42,453 bases of DNA from NCBI GenBank assembly GCA_964442985.1, contig CAYUBH010000002.1, forward strand, positions 1-42,453, given 5' to 3'. Every line of letters begins with the position of its first letter. Within the stretch, counting starts at the first letter, position 1. The DNA is from an uncultured Gammaproteobacteria bacterium (GTDB lineage Bacteria > Patescibacteriota > Patescibacteriia > Magasanikbacterales > GWA2-37-8). The notes below the pieces were generated by a model that searched no databases, was not told the origin of the DNA, and saw nothing but the letters and a program-made list of their open reading frames with translations. Made by a program: the position numbers and the translations under genes. This document shows positions 16,990 to 24,425 of the stretch, in pieces.

Positions 16990-17535
16990 ATGTCCCGTAT
17001 TGGTAAAAAAATTCGAACCTTACCGGCTGGTGTGACTGCTGAAGTAAAAAACACCCAGCTTGTTGTGAAGGGTCCAAAAGGCGAGCTTAAACTCGACCTC
17101 CACCCACACATCACCGTAGTTATCAAAGATGGTCAGGTAACCACTGAAGTAAAGAATGGCGACAGTGTTCGCGATCGTGCTTTGTGGGGTACTTTTTCAA
17201 GTATCATTGAAAACCTGATCCTCGGCGTTACTACTGGTTTCAAAAAGCAGTTAGAAATCAACGGTGTTGGTTTCAAAGCAACTGTTAAAGGTGCAAACCT
17301 TGTTTTGGATGTTGGTTTTTCTCACCCAGTGGAAATCAAGCCGATGGCCGGTGTTAAATTTACTGTAGAAAAAAACATTATCACTGTCGAGGGTAATGAC
17401 AAACAATTAGTTGGTGAAATGGCCGCGCAAATTCGTCGCGTACGCAAACCTGAACCATATAAAGGTAAAGGTATTAAGTATCTTGACGAAGTTATCGCTC
17501 GCAAGGCCGGTAAGACTGCCGCTAAAGCAGCGTAA
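16990..17535 (+). CDS. rplF: 50S ribosomal protein L6
   Basis: 181 aa. MSRIGKK start and PEPYKGKGIKY motif. Confidence 0.95.
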   Translation: MSRIGKKIRTLPAGVTAEVKNTQLVVKGPKGELKLDLHPHITVVIKDGQVTTEVKNGDSVRDRALWGTFSSIIENLILGVTTGFKKQLEINGVGFKATVKGANLVLDVGFSHPVEIKPMAGVKFTVEKNIITVEGNDKQLVGEMAAQIRRVRKPEPYKGKGIKYLDEVIARKAGKTAAKAA

Positions 17536-17546
17536 TACTTATATAT

Positions 17547-17921
17547 ATGAAACGATTAGCCACAATTACAAAAAACGCTCTTCGCCAGATTCGCCACAAA
17601 CGTGTTCGCGCGCGCTTAGTTGGTTCCGCGGCCACTCCTCGTTTGTCAGTCTTCCGCAGTTTGCGTTCTGTCACCGCTCAGCTTATTGATGATGCGTCTG
17701 GCAAAACATTGGTATTTGTAAAATCTTCTGATTTGAAAGATGCGAAAGTTGAAGGTAAAACAGCTAAGGTTGGAGCTGCTTACGCAGTTGGCCAAGCTTT
17801 GGCTGAAAAAGCTAAAGCCAAAGGTATCACTACTGTTATTTTTGATCGTGGTGGTTACCGTTTTCATGGTCGCGTAGCTGCGGTCGCTGAAGGCGCTCGC
17901 GCCGGCGGTTTGCAATTCTAA
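17547..17921 (+). CDS. rplR: 50S ribosomal protein L18
   Basis: 124 aa with RLSVFRS and FDRGGYRFHGRV motifs. Confidence 0.95.
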   Translation: MKRLATITKNALRQIRHKRVRARLVGSAATPRLSVFRSLRSVTAQLIDDASGKTLVFVKSSDLKDAKVEGKTAKVGAAYAVGQALAEKAKAKGITTVIFDRGGYRFHGRVAAVAEGARAGGLQF

Positions 17922-18542
17922 TTGTTTACCCCTATTATGAATAATACCAACTCCAATAGTACTGGTCGCGGAGGTTTCCGCAAAGACCGTCGCCAAGAAG
18001 AGAAGTCAGAATTTGATCAATTTATCTTGGACTTAGCTCGCGTGACTCGTGTTACCCAGGGTGGTAAACACATGAGCTTCCGCACCTGTGTTATCTTGGG
18101 TGATCGCAAAGGCCGTGTAGCTTTTGGTGTCGCTAAAGGTAAAGATGTGCAAGGGGGCGTGGAAAAAGCTGTTCGCCAAGCAAAAAAGAACATGATTCGC
18201 GTACCGCTTGTTCGCGAAACTATCCCACACGCAGTTTTGTATAAATATAAAGCCGCTGCCGTGCTCTTGAGACCAGCTCCAAAAGGTTCTGGTATCATCG
18301 CTGGTGGTGCCGCTCGCGTCGTTTTTGAAATGGCTGGTATCCCAAATGTATCCTGTAAGATCTTGGGTACTACCAAAAACAAAATCGCGATTGTGAAAGC
18401 TACCTTCGAAGCTTTGAAAAGTTTCAAACGCCACAGTGCTCCAGTAAAAAAGTTTGAAATGGCTAAAAAAGAAGAAGTAGCCGTTGAAGCAAAAGCAGAA
18501 GAAAAGAAGCCAGCTAAAAAAGTTGCTTCTAAAAAAGCTTAA
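17922..18542 (+). CDS. rpsE: 30S ribosomal protein S5 (N- and C-terminal extensions)
   Basis: VTRVTQGGKHMSFR and GIIAGGAAR motifs. Start is TTG 17922 or, more likely, ATG 17937. Confidence 0.93.
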   Translation: MFTPIMNNTNSNSTGRGGFRKDRRQEEKSEFDQFILDLARVTRVTQGGKHMSFRTCVILGDRKGRVAFGVAKGKDVQGGVEKAVRQAKKNMIRVPLVRETIPHAVLYKYKAAAVLLRPAPKGSGIIAGGAARVVFEMAGIPNVSCKILGTTKNKIAIVKATFEALKSFKRHSAPVKKFEMAKKEEVAVEAKAEEKKPAKKVASKKA

Positions 18543-18563
18543 GGCTCTCATTACTACACTTGT

Positions 18564-19001
18564 ATGTTAAACGTTCACACAATTAAACCAGCCCGTGGTG
18601 CCAAACACAGTAAAAAGCGTGTTGGTCGCGGTAATGCTTCCGGTCATGGTACTTCTTCCACTCGTGGTGGTAAGGGTCAGACTGCTCGCTCTGGTGGTAG
18701 CCGTGGTTTGAAGATGTTAGGCTTCAAATTCTTGCTCCAATCTACTCCAAAATTGCGCGGTTTCACCAGTCGTCAAACCAAACCAGCTGAAGTCTATCTC
18801 AGTGATTTGGAAAAACATTTTGACGCTGGCGCTACTGTTACTTTGGCTGCACTTCAAGAAAAAAATCTTATCGGCGCTACGGTAAAACAAGTAAAAATTG
18901 TTGGCACCGGCGAACTTAAGAAAAAAGTGTCTTTGTCTGGCATCTTGGCTACCAAAGGCGCGGCTGCAGCTATTACTAAAGCTGGTGGCGATATCAAATA
19001 A
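18564..19001 (+). CDS. rplO: 50S ribosomal protein L15
   Basis: 145 aa with KRVGRGNASGHGTSSTRGGKGQ. Follows rpsE after only 21 nt, so there is no L30 gene. Confidence 0.95.
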   Translation: MLNVHTIKPARGAKHSKKRVGRGNASGHGTSSTRGGKGQTARSGGSRGLKMLGFKFLLQSTPKLRGFTSRQTKPAEVYLSDLEKHFDAGATVTLAALQEKNLIGATVKQVKIVGTGELKKKVSLSGILATKGAAAAITKAGGDIK

Positions 19002-19008
19002 TCCCTTC

Positions 19009-19039
19009 CTTTACAGTCCTCTCCCATAGGACTGTAAAG
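19009..19039 (+). terminator. 12-bp hairpin after rplO (CTTTACAGTCCT/AGGACTGTAAAG)
   Basis: Perfect inverted repeat with a 7-nt loop, followed by TATTTTA (a weak U-run). Confidence 0.45.
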
Positions 19040-19074
19040 TATTTTATAGATTCTCGTTTAATCATCTACCCCGT

Positions 19075-20343
19075 ATGTGGAACACCTTTACCCAGGCGTG
19101 GAAAGTCAAAGACATTCGTAACAAAATTTTGTTCGTGTTGGCGCTTCTTGTTGTGTTTCGTTTGGTGGCGCACATTCCAGTGCCAGGCGTTAATCCGCTC
19201 AACCTCAAAAACTACTTGGAAGGCAACCAACTTCTTGGCCTGCTTAATATTTTCTCTGGCGGTAGCTTGAGTAATATCTCCATTGCCATGCTTGGTGTTG
19301 GTCCGTATATCACTTCCTCTATCATTTTCCAACTCCTCACCATGATTGTTCCGTCTCTTGAGGAAATGAGCAAAGAAGGTGAAGCTGGACAGCAAAAAAT
19401 CAGCATGTATACTCGCTGGTTGGCAATTCCATTGTCATTCTTGCAGGGGTACAGCATGATTCGCCTCCTCGCTAGTCAAAATATTTTGACTGACATGACA
19501 CCAGTTCGCTCGCTCACTATTATGTTCACTATCAGTGCGACCACCATGTTTCTTATGTGGCTCGGTGAGCTTATTACTGAGAAAAAAGTTGGTAACGGCG
19601 TTTCGTTGATTATCTTCGCTGGTATTATTTCATCCTTTCCAAAAGCTTTGCAGACGGTGGCTGCCAACTACGACCCATCACAGCTTTTGACCTACGTTTT
19701 GTTCGCTATCGCTTCAGTGCTTACTATCGTTGGTGTAGTATTCATCAGTGAAGGTCAGCGCAATATTCCAGTGACGTATGCCAAGCAAGTTCGCGGTCGC
19801 GGATTTGGTGGCGGTGCTACTTCGCATCTCCCATTCCGTGTGAATATGGCTGGGGTCATTCCAATTATCTTCGCCGTGTCCCTCATGTTATTCCCATCAC
19901 TTGTTGCTCAATTCTTTGTGCAAGCTGATGCTTCCTGGATGCGCGATTTGGCTAATGGAACTATCCGCCTCTTCCAGAACCAAGCCTTCTATAATGTTTT
20001 GTACTTCTTATTGATCGTTGGTTTTACCTTCTTCTATACCTCAGTCGTTTTCCATCCACAAAAGATTGCGGAAAACTTGCAGAAGCAGGGTGGCTTTATC
20101 CCAGGTATTCGCCCAGGTAAAGAAACTGAAATCTACATCTCTCAAACCATGAACCGATTAAATCTTATCGGTGCTCTCTTCTTGGGTGTAGTAGCAGTAC
20201 TTCCGCTCATCGCTCAGGCACTCGCTGGCACACAATCACTCACGATTGGTGGTACTAGTTTACTTATCGTAGTAGCGGTGGCTATTGAAACAGCTAAGCA
20301 AATTGAAGCTCAGCTCACCATGCATCAATACGATCACGTCTAA
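19075..20343 (+). CDS. secY: preprotein translocase subunit SecY
   Basis: 422 aa polytopic membrane protein in the canonical position after rplO. Confidence 0.95.
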   Translation: MWNTFTQAWKVKDIRNKILFVLALLVVFRLVAHIPVPGVNPLNLKNYLEGNQLLGLLNIFSGGSLSNISIAMLGVGPYITSSIIFQLLTMIVPSLEEMSKEGEAGQQKISMYTRWLAIPLSFLQGYSMIRLLASQNILTDMTPVRSLTIMFTISATTMFLMWLGELITEKKVGNGVSLIIFAGIISSFPKALQTVAANYDPSQLLTYVLFAIASVLTIVGVVFISEGQRNIPVTYAKQVRGRGFGGGATSHLPFRVNMAGVIPIIFAVSLMLFPSLVAQFFVQADASWMRDLANGTIRLFQNQAFYNVLYFLLIVGFTFFYTSVVFHPQKIAENLQKQGGFIPGIRPGKETEIYISQTMNRLNLIGALFLGVVAVLPLIAQALAGTQSLTIGGTSLLIVVAVAIETAKQIEAQLTMHQYDHV

Positions 20344-20358
20344 GACGAGACGACTTCC

Positions 20359-20390
20359 AAAACCAGTCGCCTCCGGGTGGCTGGTTTTTT
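20359..20390 (+). terminator. intrinsic terminator after secY
   Basis: AAAA-CCAGTCGCC-TCCG-GGTGGCTGG-TTTTTT. Confidence 0.7.
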
Positions 20391-20406
20391 AATTCCTCTT
20401 AGCATC

Positions 20407-20435
20407 TTGATTATCACTTCAAAGACTGCTACACT
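20407..20435 (+). promoter_or_regulatory. promoter of adk (TTGATT-17-TACACT, TG-extended)
   Basis: TTGATT 20407-20412, spacer ending in TGC, TACACT 20430-20435. Confidence 0.5.
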
Positions 20436-20464
20436 AAGCCAGTCTTAACCGAACCATTACCTCC

Positions 20465-21121
20465 ATGAAAAAGATTATTATCGTTATTGGTCCGCCAGGC
20501 AGCGGCAAAGGTACTCAGGCTAAAAAAATCGCCCACAAACATGCTTACGCCCACCTTTCAACTGGCGACATGCTCCGCACCTTGGCTCAACAAAAAGAAA
20601 TAACTAGTGAAGAGCGCCAGGCTCTTGATGAAATGAAAGCTGGTCGACTCGCTCCGGATGCACTTATCTATAAACTCGCTTTTAAGGCGATTGAGAGTCA
20701 GGTAGACGCTGGACATGGTGTGGTGCTCGATGGGGCGATTCGCTCGGTTGCTCAAGCGCAAGCCTACCAAGATTTTTTTGAAAAAAAAGGGTATACTAAA
20801 GACATCTTAGTTTTGGACATTACCTTATCCGACGAAGAGGCCTATACCCGTCTTACCGCTCGCCGAATGTGTCGCAGTTGTGGGGAGATTATTCCAGCCG
20901 GCACCAAACATTACTACTCCATCTGTCCGAAATGTAGTGGGGAATTGGTTACTCGACTTGATGATAAAGCCGACGTAGTCAAAGAGCGCATCGCTCTTCA
21001 AGGCAATAGAGCACTCGCTCCAATTCGCGACTGGTTTAAACAACACGATATTTTAGCAACCGTCGACGGCACACAAGCTATCGAACAAGTAGAAAAAGAT
21101 ATTGAAAAAACACTTGCATAG
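20465..21121 (+). CDS. adk: adenylate kinase (zinc-lid type)
   Basis: 218 aa. P-loop GPPGSGKGT and lid CRSCG...CPKCSG. TAG stop. Confidence 0.95.
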   Translation: MKKIIIVIGPPGSGKGTQAKKIAHKHAYAHLSTGDMLRTLAQQKEITSEERQALDEMKAGRLAPDALIYKLAFKAIESQVDAGHGVVLDGAIRSVAQAQAYQDFFEKKGYTKDILVLDITLSDEEAYTRLTARRMCRSCGEIIPAGTKHYYSICPKCSGELVTRLDDKADVVKERIALQGNRALAPIRDWFKQHDILATVDGTQAIEQVEKDIEKTLA

Positions 21122-21124
21122 TAT

Positions 21125-21928
21125 ATGCTCACCAAACGACAAGTAGACATTGAGAATATTAAAAAGAATGGCGCCATGATGGGGGTTATTCTTGATGATC
21201 TCGCCAAACTTGTCCGCCCAGGTATTTCCACCTATGAGCTCGACAAAATTGCTGAAAAAATGATTCGCGATGTTGGCGCTCGTCCGGCTTTCAAGGGATA
21301 TAAAACGCATGTTGCCGATCGACCATTTCCAGCGACGGTCTGTATTTCGATTAACGAAGAAGTGGTCCATGGTATTCCGAAGAAAAAACGCATCCTTAAA
21401 GATGGTGATATTGTCACTTTGGATATTGGCATGGAATGGCCTTACAAAACAAAAGAAAAAGGTGTCTACACTGACACCGCCCTCACTATTCCGGTTGGGA
21501 AAATTTCGCCAAAAGCTGAAAAACTGTTAGAGGTTACCCGTGAAGCGCTCGAGCGGGGGATTAAAGCGGCTCAGCCAGGTAACAGTGTTGCGAGTATTGG
21601 TAAAGCAGTAGAGAGCTATGTAAAATCTCAGGGTAGTTACGGTATTGTGCGCGATTTGGTCGGTCATGGGGTGGGCTACACTGTCCATGAAGAGCCATTT
21701 ATTCCCAATTATTACGATGCAACTTTGGAGTCAATTTTATTGAAGCCTGGTATGGTGATTGCGATTGAGCCAATGATTGCTCTTGGGTCGTGGCGCGTGG
21801 AAACAATGGATGATGGTTGGACAATAAAAATGTCTGACAATTCACTCTCCGCCCACTTTGAGCATTCTATTATTATCACCGAAGACGGCAACGTGGTTGC
21901 CACTCGTCGGCCAAGTGAAAAAAAATAA
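21125..21928 (+). CDS. map: methionine aminopeptidase type I
   Basis: 267 aa with HGIP, D..TLD and GHGVG..HEEP motifs. Confidence 0.93.
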   Translation: MLTKRQVDIENIKKNGAMMGVILDDLAKLVRPGISTYELDKIAEKMIRDVGARPAFKGYKTHVADRPFPATVCISINEEVVHGIPKKKRILKDGDIVTLDIGMEWPYKTKEKGVYTDTALTIPVGKISPKAEKLLEVTREALERGIKAAQPGNSVASIGKAVESYVKSQGSYGIVRDLVGHGVGYTVHEEPFIPNYYDATLESILLKPGMVIAIEPMIALGSWRVETMDDGWTIKMSDNSLSAHFEHSIIITEDGNVVATRRPSEKK

Positions 21929-21932
21929 ATCT

Positions 21933-22325
21933 GTGAATATTCTCGCTATTGATTACGGCACCAAACGACTCGGTTTGGCATGGTCTGACACCACGCTTGG
22001 TGTCGTGTTGCCGTATGGTATTGTGGAAGGCGATACCTTGCCTCGCAAAGTCACTGCACTCGCAAACTTGCTCAAAAAAGAACATATTGATCAAATTGTT
22101 ATCGGTTTTCCGCTTGGGACTAATGGTGAAGAAAATACCAACACGGAGCGAGTTAAAAAATTTGTTTTTGAATTACAAAAAAGCATCACTCTTCCAGTTG
22201 AGTATCACGATGAGCGCTTTTCTTCTTATGGCGCCGACGCGATGGGCGAAGGAGTAAGTCGCGATGAACGCTCTGCGATGTTTATCTTGGAAGGATATTT
22301 ACAAAAAAAGAAACAACGTCGCTAA
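21933..22325 (+). CDS. ruvX: YqgF/RuvX-type putative pre-16S rRNA nuclease / Holliday junction resolvase-like protein
   Basis: ILAIDYGTKRLGLAWSD and VIGFPLGTNGEE motifs. GTG 21933 follows the map stop, whereas the track start 21858 would overlap map by 71 nt. Confidence 0.85.
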   Translation: MNILAIDYGTKRLGLAWSDTTLGVVLPYGIVEGDTLPRKVTALANLLKKEHIDQIVIGFPLGTNGEENTNTERVKKFVFELQKSITLPVEYHDERFSSYGADAMGEGVSRDERSAMFILEGYLQKKKQRR

Positions 22326-22328
22326 CGT

Positions 22329-23036
22329 ATGCTCGCTGTCACCCTAGAGCGCCGAGCGTTTCGAGACTTTGATCAGCTCGTCACACTCTACACCAAAGAG
22401 CGGGGGAAGGTGACTGTCTTGGCGCGAGGTAGTAAAAAAAGTACCAGTAAAAATGCGAGTCTCCTAGAGCCGCTTTTTTTAGTTGAGGTGGATTGTGCCG
22501 ACGGCAAAGACATGTTGCACCTCACTAAAGTATTTCCGGTGGAATCATTTGGCGGGCTGCTCGAAAGCTATGAAAAAATGCGCGTGCTTGGGTACGTAGC
22601 GTCGGTGGTGAACACGCTCGTAGACGAAGGTGAGTCGGACGACAGAATATTCGCTGTGTATCTCAACTTTCTGCGTGAACTGAATGAAGCTAAGTTGGTA
22701 GATACGCTCGTGGTGGCTGGCTTTTTGGTGCGCCTATTTGAGGCTTTGGGAAGCGGGCTCACCGTAGCCACCTGTGTACGCTGTGGAAGCCAAAAAACGG
22801 CCCTTTTTGCCCCTTATAGTGGTGGAATGGTATGCGAGGCTTGTTCAGGGGCTATTAGGGCTCAAAATGAGCCATTAGTGGCTTTAAACGAGGCTGAAAA
22901 GGCTGGTCTCGGCCATCTTGTTAGGGGATCGTTTGAAGAGGCCAGACAAGCTGGTTTTTCAGCTAAAATACTGAGCGCTTTAAAACACTTTTTTGATCGG
23001 CATAGTACGAAAAAAATACCAGATTTCCCTCTATAA
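22329..23036 (+). CDS. recO: DNA repair protein RecO
   Basis: 235 aa. N-terminal OB-fold-like region, then zinc motif CVRCGS...CEAC. Confidence 0.8.
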   Translation: MLAVTLERRAFRDFDQLVTLYTKERGKVTVLARGSKKSTSKNASLLEPLFLVEVDCADGKDMLHLTKVFPVESFGGLLESYEKMRVLGYVASVVNTLVDEGESDDRIFAVYLNFLRELNEAKLVDTLVVAGFLVRLFEALGSGLTVATCVRCGSQKTALFAPYSGGMVCEACSGAIRAQNEPLVALNEAEKAGLGHLVRGSFEEARQAGFSAKILSALKHFFDRHSTKKIPDFPL

Positions 23037-23045
23037 AAAGTACAT

Positions 23046-23074
23046 CCCCCGGCGAGTGTGAGCTCAACCGGGGG
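23046..23074. terminator. hairpin CCCCCGG...CCGGGGG between convergent recO and the oxygenase gene
   Basis: 7-bp GC stem with a 15-nt loop. On the - strand it is followed by a T-rich tract. Confidence 0.4.
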
Positions 23075-23121
23075 CAAAACAGTTTCTCCTAACAGTGTAT
23101 GATCGCCCGAGAAGGCGATTG

Positions 23122-23934
23122 TTAGTATCCGCGCAGGTGTGTGAAATACACCACAGACAGGCGGATGATTTTCTCACTCACTCGCGCCGCCCCATCGATT
23201 TGGCGAACGCGGTGCCACACCGCCTGTACCGGGGGGACATTCGAGGTCATGGTTGCCCGCTCAAGCATCTGACCGGCGAAAATGATCGGCTGGTCGGGTC
23301 GAGAGTTCATTTCGCGCCAAGCTCCAGCCAGCCGTTCGAATTCGAGCCCAGGATGACTCTCGTAGAGCGCGAGCGTCAGAGCGTCCCTGTCAGTATGCTC
23401 TGCGCCGATGATTCGCTTACCATCTGCCCAGCCATCCTCGCGGATGTGCGTGTAGGCGAGGAAGCGGAGCACTGCCTTGTCGGGGTCGAGAAGGTTCGCG
23501 ATGTCAGTCGGCAAATTCGGGGCCAGCTCGCGCGCGAAGCGCTGTATCGCGTCAAACAATCGAGCGCGAATTTCGCGGGACAATCCGATCAGTTTCGCCT
23601 CACTCTCCAAAAATTCCGGATTGCGGAGCTCGAGCATGTCCTCGAGGTGCGGGCGGTAGTGCCAGAAGACCTTGCGGTCGTAGGTACCACCAGTCTCCTT
23701 GGGTTCGCCGGAGCGGATGATGAGTCCGGTGTCGGGGTCGCCAAGAGTGTCGTAATCAAAAGCGACTGGACCGCTCGGAGGACTCTCCACCAGTCGAACA
23801 AATTCCGGAACAGCCCGGTCGATGAGCTCGCTCACGCCAGGGATGGGGAGGAATGAATACGATCGGGTCAAAAAGTCACGAACGATTTCGCTCGGCACGG
23901 GGTGCCTCCAGGGTGGTGCGGGGTTAAAGAGCAC
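23122..23934 (-). CDS. 2-oxoglutarate/Fe(II)-dependent oxygenase superfamily protein
   Basis: 270 aa. Facial triad and 2OG site read as GAEHTDRDALTLAL (HxD) ... VWHRV (distal His) ... RLSVVYF (RxS). GTG start, TAA stop. Confidence 0.8.
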   Translation of the reverse strand: MLFNPAPPWRHPVPSEIVRDFLTRSYSFLPIPGVSELIDRAVPEFVRLVESPPSGPVAFDYDTLGDPDTGLIIRSGEPKETGGTYDRKVFWHYRPHLEDMLELRNPEFLESEAKLIGLSREIRARLFDAIQRFARELAPNLPTDIANLLDPDKAVLRFLAYTHIREDGWADGKRIIGAEHTDRDALTLALYESHPGLEFERLAGAWREMNSRPDQPIIFAGQMLERATMTSNVPPVQAVWHRVRQIDGAARVSEKIIRLSVVYFTHLRGY

Positions 23935-23948
23935 TAAAACTATCGGCT

Positions 23949-23977
23949 ATCCTAGCCGAATAGTGATAGGTTGTCAA
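23949..23977 (-). promoter_or_regulatory. candidate promoter of the oxygenase gene (TTGACA-17-TAGGAT on the - strand)
   Basis: Reverse complements of 23972-23977 and 23949-23954. The palindrome CGGCTA-TCC-TAGCCG overlaps the -10. Only about 8 nt separate the predicted TSS from the GTG. Confidence 0.45.
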
Positions 23978-24053
23978 AATAAAAAACACCCGGAAGACAG
24001 GTGTTCTAAAGTGAGGGGGTGGCGTCCAAGATCCTAGAAGAACCTAGGACGCC
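23976..24053 (-). terminator. tandem hairpins after the small membrane ORF, the second followed by a U-run
   Basis: GGCGTCC...GGACGCC (24021-24053). Then AACACC...GGTGTT (23985-24005), followed on the - strand by TTTTATTTT. Confidence 0.5.
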
Positions 24054-24061
24054 AACAATTC

Positions 24062-24280
24062 TCAGGGGAACGAGTTCGCGAGCGACTCAAGAAGCAGTTG
24101 AATGAGAAAAAGGAGGATGATCAGGCCGCACACAAGGTGAATAATGATGAGCTTGATTGCTTCGACGATGAAACGCAGAAAAAGTGCGGCAACTTTGGCA
24201 GAGACCTCCTTGGCTCTGGTATAGGGAAAAGATTTAAGTACTTTGACCGGTCTTTCTACCCAGGCGCGAGCAATCTCCAT
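24062..24280 (-). CDS. small tail-anchored membrane protein (72 aa from ATG 24280)
   Basis: MEIARAWVERP... followed by a C-terminal hydrophobic segment IKLIIIHLVCGLIILLFLIQLLL. The TTG start at 24337 in the track is actually the -35 of a promoter. This is the only TGA stop in the window. Confidence 0.45.
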   Translation of the reverse strand: MEIARAWVERPVKVLKSFPYTRAKEVSAKVAALFLRFIVEAIKLIIIHLVCGLIILLFLIQLLLESLANSFP

Positions 24281-24308
24281 GGTTGTCCCCTTGAAAACTG
24301 AGGCCGTT

Positions 24309-24337
24309 AGTATAGCGTAAAAGTAGTCTTTTGTCAA
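24309..24337 (-). promoter_or_regulatory. consensus promoter (TTGACA-17-TATACT on the - strand) for the small membrane ORF
   Basis: Reverse complements of 24332-24337 and 24309-24314. Confidence 0.6.
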
Positions 24338-24360
24338 TGCTCGAGGTGCTATTTGGGGGC

Positions 24361-24389
24361 TTGCTAAACAATGCTATTTCCGCTAGTAT
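24361..24389 (+). promoter_or_regulatory. promoter of asnS (TTGCTA-17-TAGTAT)
   Basis: TTGCTA 24361-24366, TAGTAT 24384-24389. Confidence 0.5.
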
Positions 24390-24425
24390 AGAGACTAGTT
24401 ATTTGTCCGATATATCTTTAGTTCT

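Larger units (their letters stand above)
23097..23977. other. second G+C-rich compositional island (single gene)
   Basis: Line 23221-23280 counts 38/60 G+C, against about 27/60 for a host line. Confidence 0.65.

Noticed and set aside
21858-21932. A 25-codon 5' extension of ruvX overlapping map by 71 nt.
   Set aside because: The conserved YqgF N-terminus (ILAIDYG) starts right after GTG 21933, which follows the map stop. The extension is in the map coding region.
23095-23856. A 253-aa ORF on the + strand antisense to the oxygenase gene.
   Set aside because: The HxD...H...RxS oxygenase signature is on the - strand. The + ORF is an Arg/Ser/Leu-rich shadow frame in G+C-rich DNA.
24281-24337. 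The TTG 24337 start of the 91-aa track ORF.
   Set aside because: The sequence TTGACA-17-TATACT here is a consensus promoter. ATG 24280 downstream of it is the more plausible start.
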